Counted from the stretch's first letter, positions 1 to 12,840 are shown. The stretch: 64,000 bases of DNA from Octopus vulgaris (GCA_951406725.2 OX597826.1:38874001-38938000); one strand, 5' to 3'. The notes: generated from the sequence alone by a model not told the origin. Program-made: numbers and translations.

Positions 1-29
1 TGTAGAGGTTAGTGGTGCAGGTGGTGGTT

Positions 30-439
<410 letters not shown>

Positions 440-759
440 ATACATACACACATATGTTCTCCAGAGTTGCCTTGAATATCACTCCCAACTATGATCAGCA
501 TGCTGTGTGAAATTAATATCTGAACTTGAGGTATAAGTGAGCTTGTTATAAAATATATATAAGCGACAGAGTCAGCAATAATACCGAGAGGTAATATTTA
601 TCCCCACTTAAACGTGGATGTTCTGTTAGAACAAGTTATACTGCAGTAGATACCATGATAGAAACTCTTATATTGGCTTTTGATTCAAAAGTCACTCTTG
701 TTTATAAATCCCCGCCATCTCCAGTGCTGAGACCACCAGCTCACTTGATTTCAACCTTC

Positions 760-893
760 CTTGGTCTTGTCAATGATGGATGTTCACTGGCCAATTACGA
801 CAGCAGCGCCTGTTCTGGCACTATTTTTTGCTTGCGGGGAGATGGGTCGCTTCTATTTCTAGCAGTCAAGCGCCCATCATTGACAAGACCAAG
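760..893. repeat. 20-bp perfect inverted repeat around a 94-bp spacer (MITE-like)
   Basis: cttggtcttgtcaatgatgg (760-779) pairs with ccatcattgacaagaccaag (874-893). Confidence 0.7.
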
Positions 894-1599
894 TATTAAT
901 GCTGCCTCTATTGCTTATACATATTTTTAATCAAGCATCAGTAGATCTAACCTCCCTGTTAGAATCACAGACGAGGCCACGCACTAAGAGACTACCTCTC
1001 ACACAACAACTATGTCCGGTTGTGTTTAAAATCAAACACAGTATACTAGAAGACATCTTCTTGTCGAGCGACGTACATAGGATCAACTAAGAGAAACGTT
1101 GAGCGAAAAGACACCAAAGACATCTAAGAGTGAAGACACCTAGGAATGACGGAACATTTCTACAAGGCCACGCCACCCAGTGCTGTATTCCAACAAGGCT
1201 AACACAGTGAAGGGGATTTTTCAACCCCGAGATTACAGAGGCACACTTCATTTGGAGGAAAATACCAAGCCTGAACCACCGTAATGAGATAAATGCATGG
1301 AAACATATTTGCTGCTTCCAGGAGTATTAACCGACCAAAATTAAGGGAAATTTAAGAACTAAGGAAGTCTGATAGAGTCTTTCATTCGAAAAGCGCTTAC
1401 AACGAAATAAACTATAACACCCAGCAACAAGGCTCACTCTAGGATACATGCTGTCTGCCTACTCATTCAGTCACTCACTTTCTTTTATATCCGAAAACTT
1501 ATTGAAGAAAATTAAACTTCCATATATCTTCTTGTACTTTACTGCCTTTCACTGTTCTTTTATTTTCTGTTATCTTCTTTAGAAGTTTTTCTGCTAACG

Positions 1600-1940
1600 G
1601 CATTATCCTGTTATATATATGCACATATAATGGCAGCCTACACACATACTGATTATAATAAATAACATGGGCTGGAAATGTATTAGTGCTTGATAGATTT
1701 TGTGTAAACATGTTATTAAATCTGAATTTTTTTAATGATTTACAAGAGGAGATTAGAATTTGAAGAGATTCTCTAGGGTATAAATGACAAAGCTTTTGGA
1801 GAAGGTGCGTAATTTTTCAATTTATGTTATAGGGTTATTATTTTCTTTTAGTAATCAGACTAGGTTGGTGTCATTTCCTTCCTTAGAAGTATGGAATGTG
1901 TGTGTGTTTTGAAATATGTTAGCATTGAAACTAATGTCAA
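1600..1940 (-). mobile_element. Possible highly decayed Penelope-like RT fragment
   Basis: Minus-strand pieces FDIS..., KSFVIYTLENL and KFRFNN resemble PLE RT motifs FDI.SLY and N.F.FN; many stops. Confidence 0.3.
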
Positions 1941-3533
1941 ATCAAATCAAATCAAATTTATTGGCAGAAGAGCACAATGTGCTTAAGCCATGTAAATTTT
2001 TTTTAAATAAAATTTTTTTTTTAAAGACGGTTGTTGTTATAAACAGTTTTATACATAGTCGCCACAGTTGTCCAGAGCCTCTTTGAACAGGGGAGTGGTG
2101 GGCAGTAGAACAGCCCTTTCAGTCATCCTTATGATCGAGTTCTTGATCACCTGCCATCGCTTTTCCACCGTCGATGTTGTAATTACTTTGTCCCAATCAC
2201 AATTCAATGGCGTTCTCGTCCATTGCATAGAACTTTCATCTTGGTGCTGGAACTGGTATTGGAGAAGGGATTGACGATGCTACGTTGAATGTTATAACCA
2301 TGTGATCACTTTTACCCAGGGGTGGTAGGATTTTCACATCAGAAATAGTTGTCTGGTACTTTGAGAAGACAAGATCAAGTGTTGATGGCTGTTGCGTATT
2401 TCGATACCTCGTTGGTGTAGAAATATGTTGGATAAGGAATAGATTTTCGGCAGTCTGCAGCAAGGTTTGATCGGAACGAGCTCCTGTTGGGCAGGAATAC
2501 GCCTCCCAGTCAATCAGCGGTATATTGAAGTCGCCAGCTATTAGACAACCTGCTTAGGATTTTGATATTTCAGCTATTGCATTTAGAAACCGTTGGTCAT
2601 CATCAGGTTCCGCCTATGGGCTGCGATGCACGGACAGAATGAGAAAGCTGGTTTTTGCAAATCAAATTTTGCGCAGGACGACATTGAAATAGCCTGATGG
2701 TTGCGCATTTGGTGGGAGCTCACACTGAGAGGGCTTTAGATCTATTTTGAGGAACATTACAACGCCCCACTCCGCGAAAACAGACTCTGTCACATCGGAA
2801 CGTCATGTAACCCTCAACTGAAAATTCAGCATCTTGAATTTTCAGCGTGCAGCCAACTCTCTGTAATGATCGCAATATCTGGTTCCTATTTGACAACAAG
2901 CACTTGAAATTTATCTAACTTAGACAAAAGTGAGCAGATGTTGGTATAGAGAACTCGAAGAGCGTGACGATGTTGGGCACTTTGCGCTGAAGTCAGTTTG
3001 GGGCACCAAATTTTGCGTCTTGAAGGCTCAATTGTTGATGCAGGGACTAAGTTTCTGGAGCTGTGATAATCAGTGTGTTCCTCCATAGAAACCTTTTCAC
3101 TATCTAGCCATCTCTGATGACAAGGCCTTTCTCTCCGTTGAAGATTCTGTTCTGTAGCTCCAGCTTGAGAGCTCTCCATCTGATTCTCTCTCGCGGAGAA
3201 TACTCCTTCCAAAAACCCAGGCTGTGGTTGACGCCGAAAACTTTTTTTGAGCATTCAGTGATTGCAAAAATAACCTTTATGGGTCTGGGTCTGAGTCAGG
3301 TGTTACCAGGGGTTGTAGTTGCAGTTGCTTGTCTTCCAATACGCATCACCTTGAACACTTGAGCTTGAGTAGGATTATCAAGTGAGCCAGAAAACAAGCA
3401 GTCAGCTCTAAGAGACTGTACCGCGGTCATATATGGGGCATCCGAAGCAGAATCTGAGGCCTCCCCGCTTGATCGACTACAACACAACATCGCCCTTGTC
3501 AAAAACTTCGGATGCCCCATATATGACCGCGGT
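1938..3533 (-). mobile_element. CR1-type LINE remnant: ORF1 end plus APE endonuclease, RT absent, with adjacent (ATTTG)n 3' tail
   Basis: LRVLYTNICSLLSKLDKFQVLV (APE start), IAGDFNIP and LIQHISTPTRYRNTQQPSTLDLVFS..PPLGKSDHMVITF (APE end). A tail of aataaa plus (tttga)n lies on the minus strand at about 1938-1962. Confidence 0.85.
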
Positions 3534-3860
3534 CAGAATAGGTAATTTAACGTAATGCCAACCAGTTTCCACGAGCGACTTCCTTTTCTTCTATAAATGT
3601 ATGTTAGGTTTGAGGAGTTACTGTGCACACTGGCAGAGTAGATTGTTCTTGAGTTAAGCATTTTCCATTTAAGGGCTGGAGCAATTGCGTGTAGGTTGAT
3701 CAATATTTTGTTTTTGGTTGTTAATGCCTGATAATATTTGTTGGAAGTTGTTTGTGATGGAGTAAGATAATTTAACATTCTTTCTATTAAGTTTACGGTA
3801 TTTGTGTTTGGGTGGGAAATGTTTTATGCAGGAATATTTTTCGCTTCCTGTAAACAATAT
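3534..3860 (-). mobile_element. Penelope-like element, linker and N-terminal GIY-YIG remnant
   Basis: KHFPPKHKYRKLNRKNVKLSYS, PLNGKCL and IYSASVHSNSSNLTYIY are typical of the PLE linker and GIY-YIG start. Confidence 0.75.
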
Positions 3861-3892
3861 ATTTTTCTTTTAAATTATTAATTTCGTTTTTA

Positions 3893-4119
3893 TACTCTCT
3901 TTACTCTTTTACTTGTTTCAGTCATTTGACTGCGGCCATGCTGGAGCACCGCCTTTAGTCGAGCAAATCGACCCCGGGACTTATTCTTTGTAAGCCCAGT
4001 ACTTATTCTATCGGTCTCTTTTGCCGAACCGCTAAGTGACGGGGACATAAACACACCAGCATCGGTTGTCAAGCAATACTAGGGGGACAAACACAGACAC
4101 ACGCACTTATACACACACA

Positions 4120-4188
<69 letters not shown>

Positions 4189-4350
4189 GACAGGCTTCTT
4201 TCAGTTTCCGTCTACCAAATCCACTCACAAGGCATTGGTCGGCCCGGGGCTATAGCAGAAGACACTTGCCCAAGATGCCACGCAGTGGGACTGAACCCGG
4301 AACCATGTGGCTGGTTAGCAAGCTACTTACCACACAGCCACTCCTGCGCC
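3893..4350 (-). mobile_element. SINE family 1 (tRNA-like head, internal (TA)n(TG)n)
   Basis: Head ggcgcaggagtggctgtgtggtaag..ggttccgggttcagtccc has A/B-box-like motifs; tail gaaacaagtaaaagagta; many copies in window. Confidence 0.9.
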
Positions 4351-4784
4351 TATTTATATGTAGTCTAACACTCTCCTAGCTGTTTGATTATGAATTTATT
4401 CATTTAATATTCTCTATTCCAAGATAAATGGGTAAATCAAATACGCATTTTCAAGGCATTTGCTCTTCCTGTCACTAAACCTTATCTGTTTTCCAATTGA
4501 GGATATTTCTTTATTTCAGAAATCTTTGATAGCGTACGGCTGGGTGTGTACTCGATATAAATGAACCAGATAATTCTTTCCGTTTGTCTCTATGGGAATT
4601 GAATACAGAACGTAAACAGACGTTACTAAATTAACCAAGTGGCATTTAAGCTAATGCTTTACCAGTTCTGCTTCTATCAGTTTGAAAGAACAAGCAGTTT
4701 TCAACAAATATTGTAGTTTTAAACTAGGAGAGAAATTGACACACCCAAATGTTATTATCAAAATACGACTGTCAATACCATCTC

Positions 4785-4996
4785 CCCACCATCATTACCA
4801 CCGACATCATCACCACACCATCACATCATTACCACCACCGCTGCTACAACTACTACTACTATTACGACGACGACGACGACGACGACAATCACCATCATCA
4901 CCACCACCACCACCGCTGGCGGATGATATATTTTGCCATCCTGTTCGGAAGGCAAAATATTGGTCAATGAACTACGCAGCAGCAGCAGCAGTCAGG

Positions 4997-5029
<33 letters not shown>

Positions 5030-5054
5030 CTAGTAGCAACAGAGGCAGCAGCAC

Positions 5055-5123
<69 letters not shown>

Positions 5124-5290
5124 CTGCAGTAGCATCAGCTGTAGCAGTAGCTAAAGCAGTATAGTTGTGTATTCCAGTGTAGTTGTCTCAGTAGTAGTGA
5201 TGGTAGTGATGGAGGAGGTCTTAGTGGTGATGTAGTGACTGTCGTGTGATCTCAATGATGGTTTTGATAAACGGTAGTGGTAAATATAGT
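4785..5290. repeat. Mixed trinucleotide repeat block (CAC/CAT/CTA/GAC/GCA/GTA/TTA)
   Basis: Seen directly. Confidence 0.95.
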
Positions 5291-5495
5291 TACGGCGATG
5301 GCGGTACTTTCAATTTCTTACTGGAGAATCTCACACACAAGCATACATAAATACATTACACACTCACACACATACACACACACACATATCTTCTTTGTTG
5401 TCATTCATAACTAATTATGAGTTGGTGGCAGAAAAAGTTGTGCTTTTGTTTTTGGTTTTTTTTTTATATGAAAACACTTCATCAACTATATTTTG

Positions 5496-5779
5496 GGATC
5501 TAAATTTTTTCATTCGCAAAATATGCATTTTTGAAAAGACAGTGTAAAGTCTGAAAATCGGCTATAATAATGTAGCCTTCCAGTCTCATTGCTTTGAAGG
5601 TATGATGGTGTGGAGAAAAAATTGGAGTGGCTGTGTGGTAAGTAGTTTGCTAACCAACCACATGGTTCCGGGTTCAGTCCCACTGCGTGGCATCTTGGGC
5701 AAGTGTCTTCTGCTATAGCCCCGGGCCGACCAATGCCTTGTGAGTGGATTTGGTAGACGGAAACTGAAAGAAGCCTGTC

Positions 5780-5862
<83 letters not shown>

Positions 5863-7193
5863 TCCCCCTAGCATTGCTTGACAACCGATGCTGGTGTGTT
5901 TACGTCCCCGTCACTTAGCGGTTCGTTAAAAGAGACTGATAGAATAAGTACTGGGCTTACAAAGAATAAGTCCCGGGGTCGATTTGCTCGACTAAAGGCG
6001 GTGCTTCAGCATGGCCGCAGTCAAATGACTGAAACAAGTAAAAGAGTAAAAGAGTAAAGAGAGTAGAGGTTTAAAAATCGAAAAAAAATTGTATATTTTT
6101 GGCCAATAGCGAGACAAATTTTCTGCGTTTAGTGGAGTGGTGTCAACTTTAAGGTTGTGCCCTGAGAAATGTATGTTTCTAAATAAACAGAAATACCTAA
6201 TAAAATCAACATGCACCATCTTACTGTTTCTTTAGTCCCTTCATTGATTGTATAGTTTTATTATTTTTTGATTTGTTATATTAATATATTTGTCCGTGTG
6301 TTTACTATATGCGTATTTCAGTATTATGTACACCTGTCATGTATTTGTGCATATTATTAATATATAAGTGCATGTGGATGTATGTATTCATATATAAGTT
6401 TATATGTGCATTTATGCATTCATGCGTCTGTCTCCAAAGCTCTGAAGTTAAGTGTTTTCATGCTTGGAGTTGTAAACTACGATAAGAATTTGTCCCAAGA
6501 AAAAGAATACCTGTATCTTATACGTTTTTGCATGCAGAATTCAAGAATAATGTTAAATTATCTGTATCACCCACAGTTTCTCTGTTCCACGATATCCCTC
6601 TCAGTTCTTGTTACGTGGGCTAAATTTTTGTTAAGCTGTTGAAATGTGAAGCTAACAGTTTAAGAAATTCTCCTAAATTAAATTTTATGAACAGAATTAA
6701 CCTAGTGAAATCATAAATCCAGCTATCAATGAGTCCCCAAAATATATGAAATGGAATACATGTATAAATTCTAATACAGAGAAAAAAACCCCAAAAAATA
6801 CTAACACGCAGAAAAAGGCACAGAAAAATATGTAATATACTAACACACAGAAAAATTAAAACAAAACATGAGGGTGAAAAGAATCTCGTGGTGTGAAGAA
6901 TCAAGTGTGAAAAATCAACAGAGACAACAGCGGCACAGACAGTAATGAACCACAACACAGTGTGCGGTTGTTATGGTAACAGGCTGCTAATGCCACCCTG
7001 TCTGTTGATTGGCTAAAAGTACCCAAATTTCCCAACGGTAATTCCAAATAACACCAGATTCTTTAATTTACGAGATAAAGTAATTGGTTGATCGTAAACA
7101 AAATTCATAGTTACATTGATACACCAAAATTGAAAGCAATCTGAGCAAAATTAAGGAATGGGGTTCATTTTGCGAATGAGAAAAACTAGATCC
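5496..7193. mobile_element. Putative non-autonomous DNA transposon with GGATC-starting TIRs, carrying a SINE insertion
   Basis: Left end ggatctaaattttttcattcgcaaaat versus reverse complement of right end ggatctagtttttctcattcgcaaaat; TSD not clear. Confidence 0.55.
5624..6066 (+). mobile_element. SINE family 1
   Basis: Near-identical to 3893-4350, opposite strand. Confidence 0.9.
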
Positions 7194-7669
7194 ATGTTAT
7201 CCTTTGTCATGTGATTGTAAGCAATAATAGTCGTATATATTGCAGGATTTTATTGGCAGTCTTTGTGTAGTAGATTTTGTGGATCTTTTCTGTTTGGCAG
7301 CACTTTTTGAAATTTTAAAATTAAAGGAAAAATTTCAAATTTGGTGTATTGATGTAATTTTTCATGCTGAATTCACTTGTTCCAGAAAAGTATTTTAAAA
7401 AGTTAGAGAGGTTTAAAGTTTGATTATTTTTACCCAGTCAGAAAGCAGGATTTGGAAGCTATCATTTTGTGCGTGACTGCATTGCGACGATAGCACGTGT
7501 TTTAACATCAAACTGTAAACAAATGAAATATTGGCGGGATACTGCTTTATACATACCACATAATCCCTGAAAACTTTTTTATTTTTTGGAATTTTCAGAA
7601 AACATTTGCCAATATGTATTCTACACACGGGAATTCATACGATTATGCAATCCTCCCCACCCCGCAAAA

Positions 7670-8225
7670 AGGCTTTCTTTAGCTCCAAGAAGATGAACAT
7701 TGCAGGCTGTTGTTGTTCCTGACACTTCTCCCGGAGTTGATAGGCACAAAAGATCATGTCGATTGTGCCTCGAGAGGGTCGAAAGCCACACTGGGACTCA
7801 GGGAAGACGTCTTCCGCGAGGATGAGGAGGCGATTGAGTAGGATACGGGCGAAGATCATACTTGCAATACTCAGTAGTGAGATGCCCCTATAGTTGTTGC
7901 AATCCTCTCGGTCTCCCTTCTTGTAAATGATGATGATAGTTGCATCGCAGAAGTCGTTCGTGGGGGTGGGGGCGTCTTGCTTTCTCAGCATCAGATGATT
8001 TCTCAGCTCAGGACCTCTGTGCATGAAAAACTCAAATTGAATGTTGTCTGGTCCTGGAGCTTTCCCCGGCTTCACGCGCGCAAGTGCCTTGTTGAACTCA
8101 TGGCGTGAGGGCAGCAAGGACATCCAATGGCGGATGGGGAGCTGTGGGGGTGTTTTGGAGGAAATCGTCAGGAGTGAGTGAGTGGTCGTTAAGTAGGCAC
8201 TCGAAATGGGACTTCCAGTGATCGA
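7670..8225 (-). mobile_element. RTE-clade LINE reverse transcriptase N-terminal fragment
   Basis: ORF 7635-8123: GKAPGPDNI..DATIIIIYKKGDREDCNNYRGISLLSIA..PESQCGFRPSRGTIDMIF..QLREKCQEQ..FLELKKAF. Confidence 0.92.
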
Positions 8226-8239
8226 GGGTTCTCTGGGTG

Positions 8240-9660
8240 TAGGTTATCGTTCTTCAGGTCGGCCACTGATGACAAGGGACGACCATCGGAAGTGTAACTG
8301 GTACAGTGCTTTGTCAATAAACAAAGGTTTTAGCAGGTATGTCGCACATAAAAAATGCCAGGGATATTTGGAATGGTGGATGAAGATCAATTGCAAAAGA
8401 ATCGATATTATTGACAATCTATTATAGAAGAGATTCAATTTTGGACAGAAGTGAACTTGCGCTTCGTGATGATTGTCTTGCCAATGATAAGGATAGCGAA
8501 GTGTCTAGACTTATTTTAGTAATGACTCAAGTTTTTTTTAAATTCCAGCGATATATAAGAATGCGTCGTACACATTTGTACATGATGTAAAATTAAATTA
8601 TACAACTTGTGAAAGAGTGATGATGTTTGTCAATCAGATATCCCTTTTATACAATATGAAATGCGACAGAAATCGTGATCCTTCTAATACTAGTTTTAAA
8701 TTTTGGCACAAAGCCAGCAATTTCCGGCGATGAGGAAAGTCGATTACAATGACCCCAATACTCAACTAATACTTATTTTATCGACCCCCAAATAGATAAA
8801 AAAAAAAGCAAAATCGACCTCGGCAGAATTTGAACTCGGAATGTAATGGCAGATAGAAGACCGCTAAGCATTTCGCTTGGTGTGCTAACGATTCTGCCAG
8901 CTCACTGCTTTGTGTAGTCTTACTAATACTGAAAATATTACAGTCATTGCCAGGTTTGTAAAAGCAGGAATCGTGTCAGAAAGCCTGATTGGTTTAACAA
9001 GGACTAAAGACTTAAACGCTAAAAGTTTGGTTAATGCTATTATTCAAAGAATTGTACATACTGGACGAGAGCGAAAAATTATTTTGTCTCACTGCTATGT
9101 TTGTACCTCTGCACCGGTGGTATCCCAAAAATAGTAAAACAGAAAATTCGAAAGGAAATCTCGCAGATACATTGCTTCAATCGTCAGTTACATTTGGTTA
9201 CAGTTCACGCGAATGAAGAGACTAGTGACATCGAATTGTTTTTTAGAACATGTAAAGCTATTTATTGCTTTCCACGCAGACCAAAGTTGTTTACTCCATA
9301 CAAAGGTACACATTTGAAGCGTTTATTGGAACAACGAAGGACAGAGCGTCTAGCAACTGCTACCGCCATATTTACCCATCACAAATATGCAGTACAAGTG
9401 CTTCGGAAGGTGGAAAATGGCATTTCTAACATAAACATTAAAACTGAGGCAACTGGTATTTTGAAGACTCAAATTTATCTTTATTACCATTCTTCTTCAA
9501 AATATTCTGAAAGTTCTTATGTATTCTGTACTGTATAATTTGAAAGGTGTAAAAAATAAACGAAGGAAAAATTTAAAAACAACTCTCAGGCTAAGAAATT
9601 TTATTTACAAGGTAATTATTCTATTCCTCAACGCAATCGTAAATTTCCAGAGCATTTTAC
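8240..9660 (+). mobile_element. hAT (Tip100/ZMYM1-like) transposase remnant interrupted by a SINE
   Basis: Pieces SELALR, NASYT, ENITVIARFV..LNAKSLVNAII..ILSHCY, IHCFNRQLHLV (CxxH motif region) and LKRLLEQR (TRW region); stops and frameshifts. Confidence 0.75.
8690..8908 (-). mobile_element. SINE family 2, tail type B (diverged)
   Basis: Matches family head gagctggcagaatcgttagcac and core gaggtcga..ggggtcgataaaataagta. Confidence 0.8.
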
Positions 9661-9679
9661 ACAATCATTAGTATTAATC

Positions 9680-9838
9680 CTTTCTATTATAGGCACAAAG
9701 CTTGAAATTTGGGGAAAGGGGATGAGTCGATTACATCGACCCCCAATGCGTAAATAGTACTTAAATTAACGACCCCGAAAGGATGAAAGGTAAAGTCAAC
9801 CCCGATGGTATTTTAACTCAGAACGTGAAGACAGACGA
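9680..9838 (-). mobile_element. SINE family 2, tail type B, 5'-truncated
   Basis: Core ctttcatcctttcggggtcg and tail cttttgtgcctataatagaaagg-like. Confidence 0.8.
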
Positions 9839-10167
9839 TCAGTCATTAGTGTTAATGTCAACGCAAAGGCATGGAAACTCTGGCAACAAATAAGAACTTT
9901 TTAATGATGTTTACAACAGTATTTTTAACAACTACATTGGATAACTTGAAAGCATTAATGAACGCAACACAAGGATATTTGCAGTTATTGTTGTGTCTCG
10001 TCGACACTGTTATGTCCTCCTTTGAACTCACTGTATATGTCACTTTATAACGTGGACATATAACAAGGTCATAACAATACAAATATAAATCAGAAACAAG
10101 TAACAAACAATATCTCTTCTCAACGACTTCTACGACTGTCTTCACCAAGCGCCAGCACAACACCACA

Positions 10168-11950
10168 CTATTTCTTTATTTGGACACACAGAGCCTAACA
10201 TAGAGAGGACAAACAAGGACAAAGTGGGAAAAAATAGAAAACGAATGAAAAAGATGGAATTTAGAAATGAAAAATGAAATGAACGCCACTCGATCCCTCG
10301 ACCGAGCAGTTTCATTGAATCTTTTTCTTACAACACATTAAATTGCTTTTTTTCTCACTTTTTTTTTACTTCAAAAACATCATCTACACAGTCAAAATAT
10401 TATGATAACAATTACAGTTCTATGTTGAGTCCTATCATACACAAATACATGTACTTTTTTCTTTGTACACAATTACAAAACATCAATTATACCGTTAGAA
10501 CATTAGTGATAATCACTATTCAAAGTGAGTCAAAGCTTCAAGGATACAACCATCTTTCGTTCCTATTGTTTCTGGGTCATTTTCACTCAATCTTACCTTA
10601 GGCTGTAACACGTTCAGGTTCACGTCTCTTCCCGCGAGTAGACATCTCTCCTGTACTTGTCTTTTAACTTGTGATAATTCTCCCTCAACATGAGGGAACA
10701 CTTTACACTCGGGTGCAACCTCTCACAATCCTTCGTGTCCATCTCTATATCAGAGTTCATCATCTCCACTTCTTTTCTCACTGAAACCTTTGCACTCTTG
10801 TATAAAACGATAAGGTATCTTTCCCTGGGTGGGGGATTGGGAATTTGTGGCTCTTGTAGGTTTGCATTATTTGTATTCATGTCTGGTGTGGTAAGGAGAG
10901 GATGTCTGCAGGGGAGTGGGGGTGGAGCGAGAGAGGAGGGAGGGGAATGGGTTGGGATTCTTCTTCGCTAGTTTGCTGTTTTCTTTTTCTCCTCTTGTTC
11001 ACCTCTATCCATTCCGTTGATTTTTTTTTGTACTCCTGGTTTTTGTTTCCATCCTTCTCAGTTCTTAATATTACGACATCCGAGACACGGTCTTCACTGG
11101 AACTTCTATTTGGTCATTCTACAGGAAGGGAGAAAGCACTTGGCCCTTATGTATCCCAACTGTCCACAGTTCTAGCACATCGGCCTCCTGTCTCCCACCA
11201 CAACCCTAAGCCTCACCTCGTCTCCCACCGTTGTGGTGTTGACTATTTCTTCCATGCTCTCTAAAGCAGCCTGGATTATCATTTCCAGTATCTGCCCAAG
11301 CCAATTCTTCGCCGGGAGCTTTGTCGCCTGTAAGATTGTAATCCTTTCTTCGAAGCCCAATAAAATGGCTGCTATTATTCAGTTTACGTCCACCTCCGGA
11401 GGTATTCCTTCAACCTTTACTCTGGATGCACGTCTTCCCAAGTCGGTAGGTATAAGGATTCACGGAGCTCGTAGAATGATACCTGACTGTCGCCTCGCTT
11501 ATAAACCATACCTCTACCGTCGCGAAGTTCGACCCTCTGCAAGCTTGGTAATATCCTGCCAGATGAGTCTTAGTGCTTTTTCTATTTGTTCTTTTGCCAT
11601 TATCTCTACCTTGTTGGATTTCGGGTTATATGTTATGTATATGATACTTCTTTCCTTGATAAATCTCGTGTTGTTGCTGGTGGGTGACACTGTCACCTTG
11701 TGTCCTACTCTCTTCAACTTTTCTTTGTATTTTACATTTCCTTTTTGTTGATACAGACTTTTTCTTGCCCATCACCAGCCGCAGCTGCAAAGTTTATTTT
11801 CTTTCTTTCTTCCATTACTTTGTCAGTCCTCTCCAGCTTTCTTCTCAGTTCCTCCTCGGACGAGGTCATAGGGGACGAACTAAGACTTTCATAGTCCATT
11901 TCAGCATTCACAGCGCTTTCCTCTTCAACTGAGGGAAAGCACTAGCAGTA
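10168..11950 (-). mobile_element. Tx1/L1-like element encoding only a decayed ORF1 (about 11899 to 10516)
   Basis: ATG at 11899 (MDYESLSSSP..), RVKVEGIPPEV and RVVVGDRRPMC*NCGQLGYIRAKC (degenerate CCHC knuckle, 11136-11177). T-rich 3' UTR ending aataaagaaatag; no APE or RT. Confidence 0.65.
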
Positions 11951-12121
11951 CCGCTGCAAGGCAGCAAAAAACAGAGTGTAGAAAAGCACAAAACAACAGA
12001 ATAACGTTACAATTACATGAAACAAGTGAGCAACTTACGCGAACTTGGAACCTTGGTGTAACGTTATCTACGACGCTAACGGAATAAATAAACATATGAC
12101 ATTGTTTTAGCGCCTGCACAC

Positions 12122-12226
12122 TGTATTTCTTTATTTGGCAACACAGGGCCTAACATAGAGGGGACAAACAAGGACAGACAAAGTAGAGAAAAAGAAAACG
12201 AATGAAAAATGAAATGAACACCACTC
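12122..12226 (-). mobile_element. Second 3' tail of the same ORF1-only family, truncated by a MITE
   Basis: Diverged direct repeat of 10168-10291. Confidence 0.75.
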
Positions 12227-12621
12227 GGATCTTTTCGGTTTGAACGGCAGTTTTTTCTAGCGGTGTCATATGAAATTGTCATCCATAATTATGACCCTAG
12301 TATCAATCTATTTTAGGGTTAGGGTTAGGGGGAAGGGTATCTTTTTTTCTTCACAAATGTAAATAAACCCAATCTGTTTTTTAAACGAGGGACATATTCA
12401 TACGGCACAGAATGGTGTTTACCTCAATAGACGTCAGTGATTGGTTGAAATTGCAGAAATTGAAGAAAAAAACAACAAATATCTTTCAAACTATAGAATT
12501 TTCTCAAGAAAGCCAAGAGAAAAAGATGTTTTATAAACACGTTCTACCAGTATACGAAGTTTAAAATTTTTTAGTTACCTAGAAATTATGTTAAAAACTG
12601 CCGTTCAAACCGAAAAGATCC
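12227..12621 (+). mobile_element. Merlin-like MITE copy 1 (no TSD)
   Basis: TIR ggatcttttcggtttgaacggcagtttt; internal (ttaggg)3. Confidence 0.9.
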
Positions 12622-12689
12622 CATGTATGTTTCCTTCCATGTATGAATTTGTGAAAATTTTTCACCGCAAAAATAATGGCTGGTATCCC

Positions 12690-12838
12690 CTTCTCAATTT
12701 TACCGCTCCTTTCCCACTTTCGCCAGCATCTGATGCTGCTACTATTTTTAAATTTGGATCAAAGTACGATAATGACAGTTCCGATATTAAAACTTTTTTA
12801 ATTTCTTCAAACGCTTTTTGACACCTGTCTGACCAATA
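12690..12838 (-). mobile_element. Gypsy-type LTR retrotransposon RT-connection/RNase H fragment
   Basis: WSDRCQKAFEEIKKVLISELSLSYFDPNLKIVAASDAGESGKGAV matches W...C..AF..K..L....L..DP......DAS..G.GAV. Confidence 0.8.
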
Positions 12839-12840
12839 AC

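Noticed and set aside
4280-4350. tRNA gene
   Set aside because: tRNA-like A/B boxes are the SINE head; no full cloverleaf seen.
4682-5164. 160-aa ORF with homopolymer runs
   Set aside because: Translation of trinucleotide repeats.
11233-11751. 172-aa plus-strand ORF
   Set aside because: Antisense shadow of the decayed ORF1.
12313-12330. TTAGGG repeats as a telomere or fusion site
   Set aside because: Only 2-3 units, always inside the MITE.
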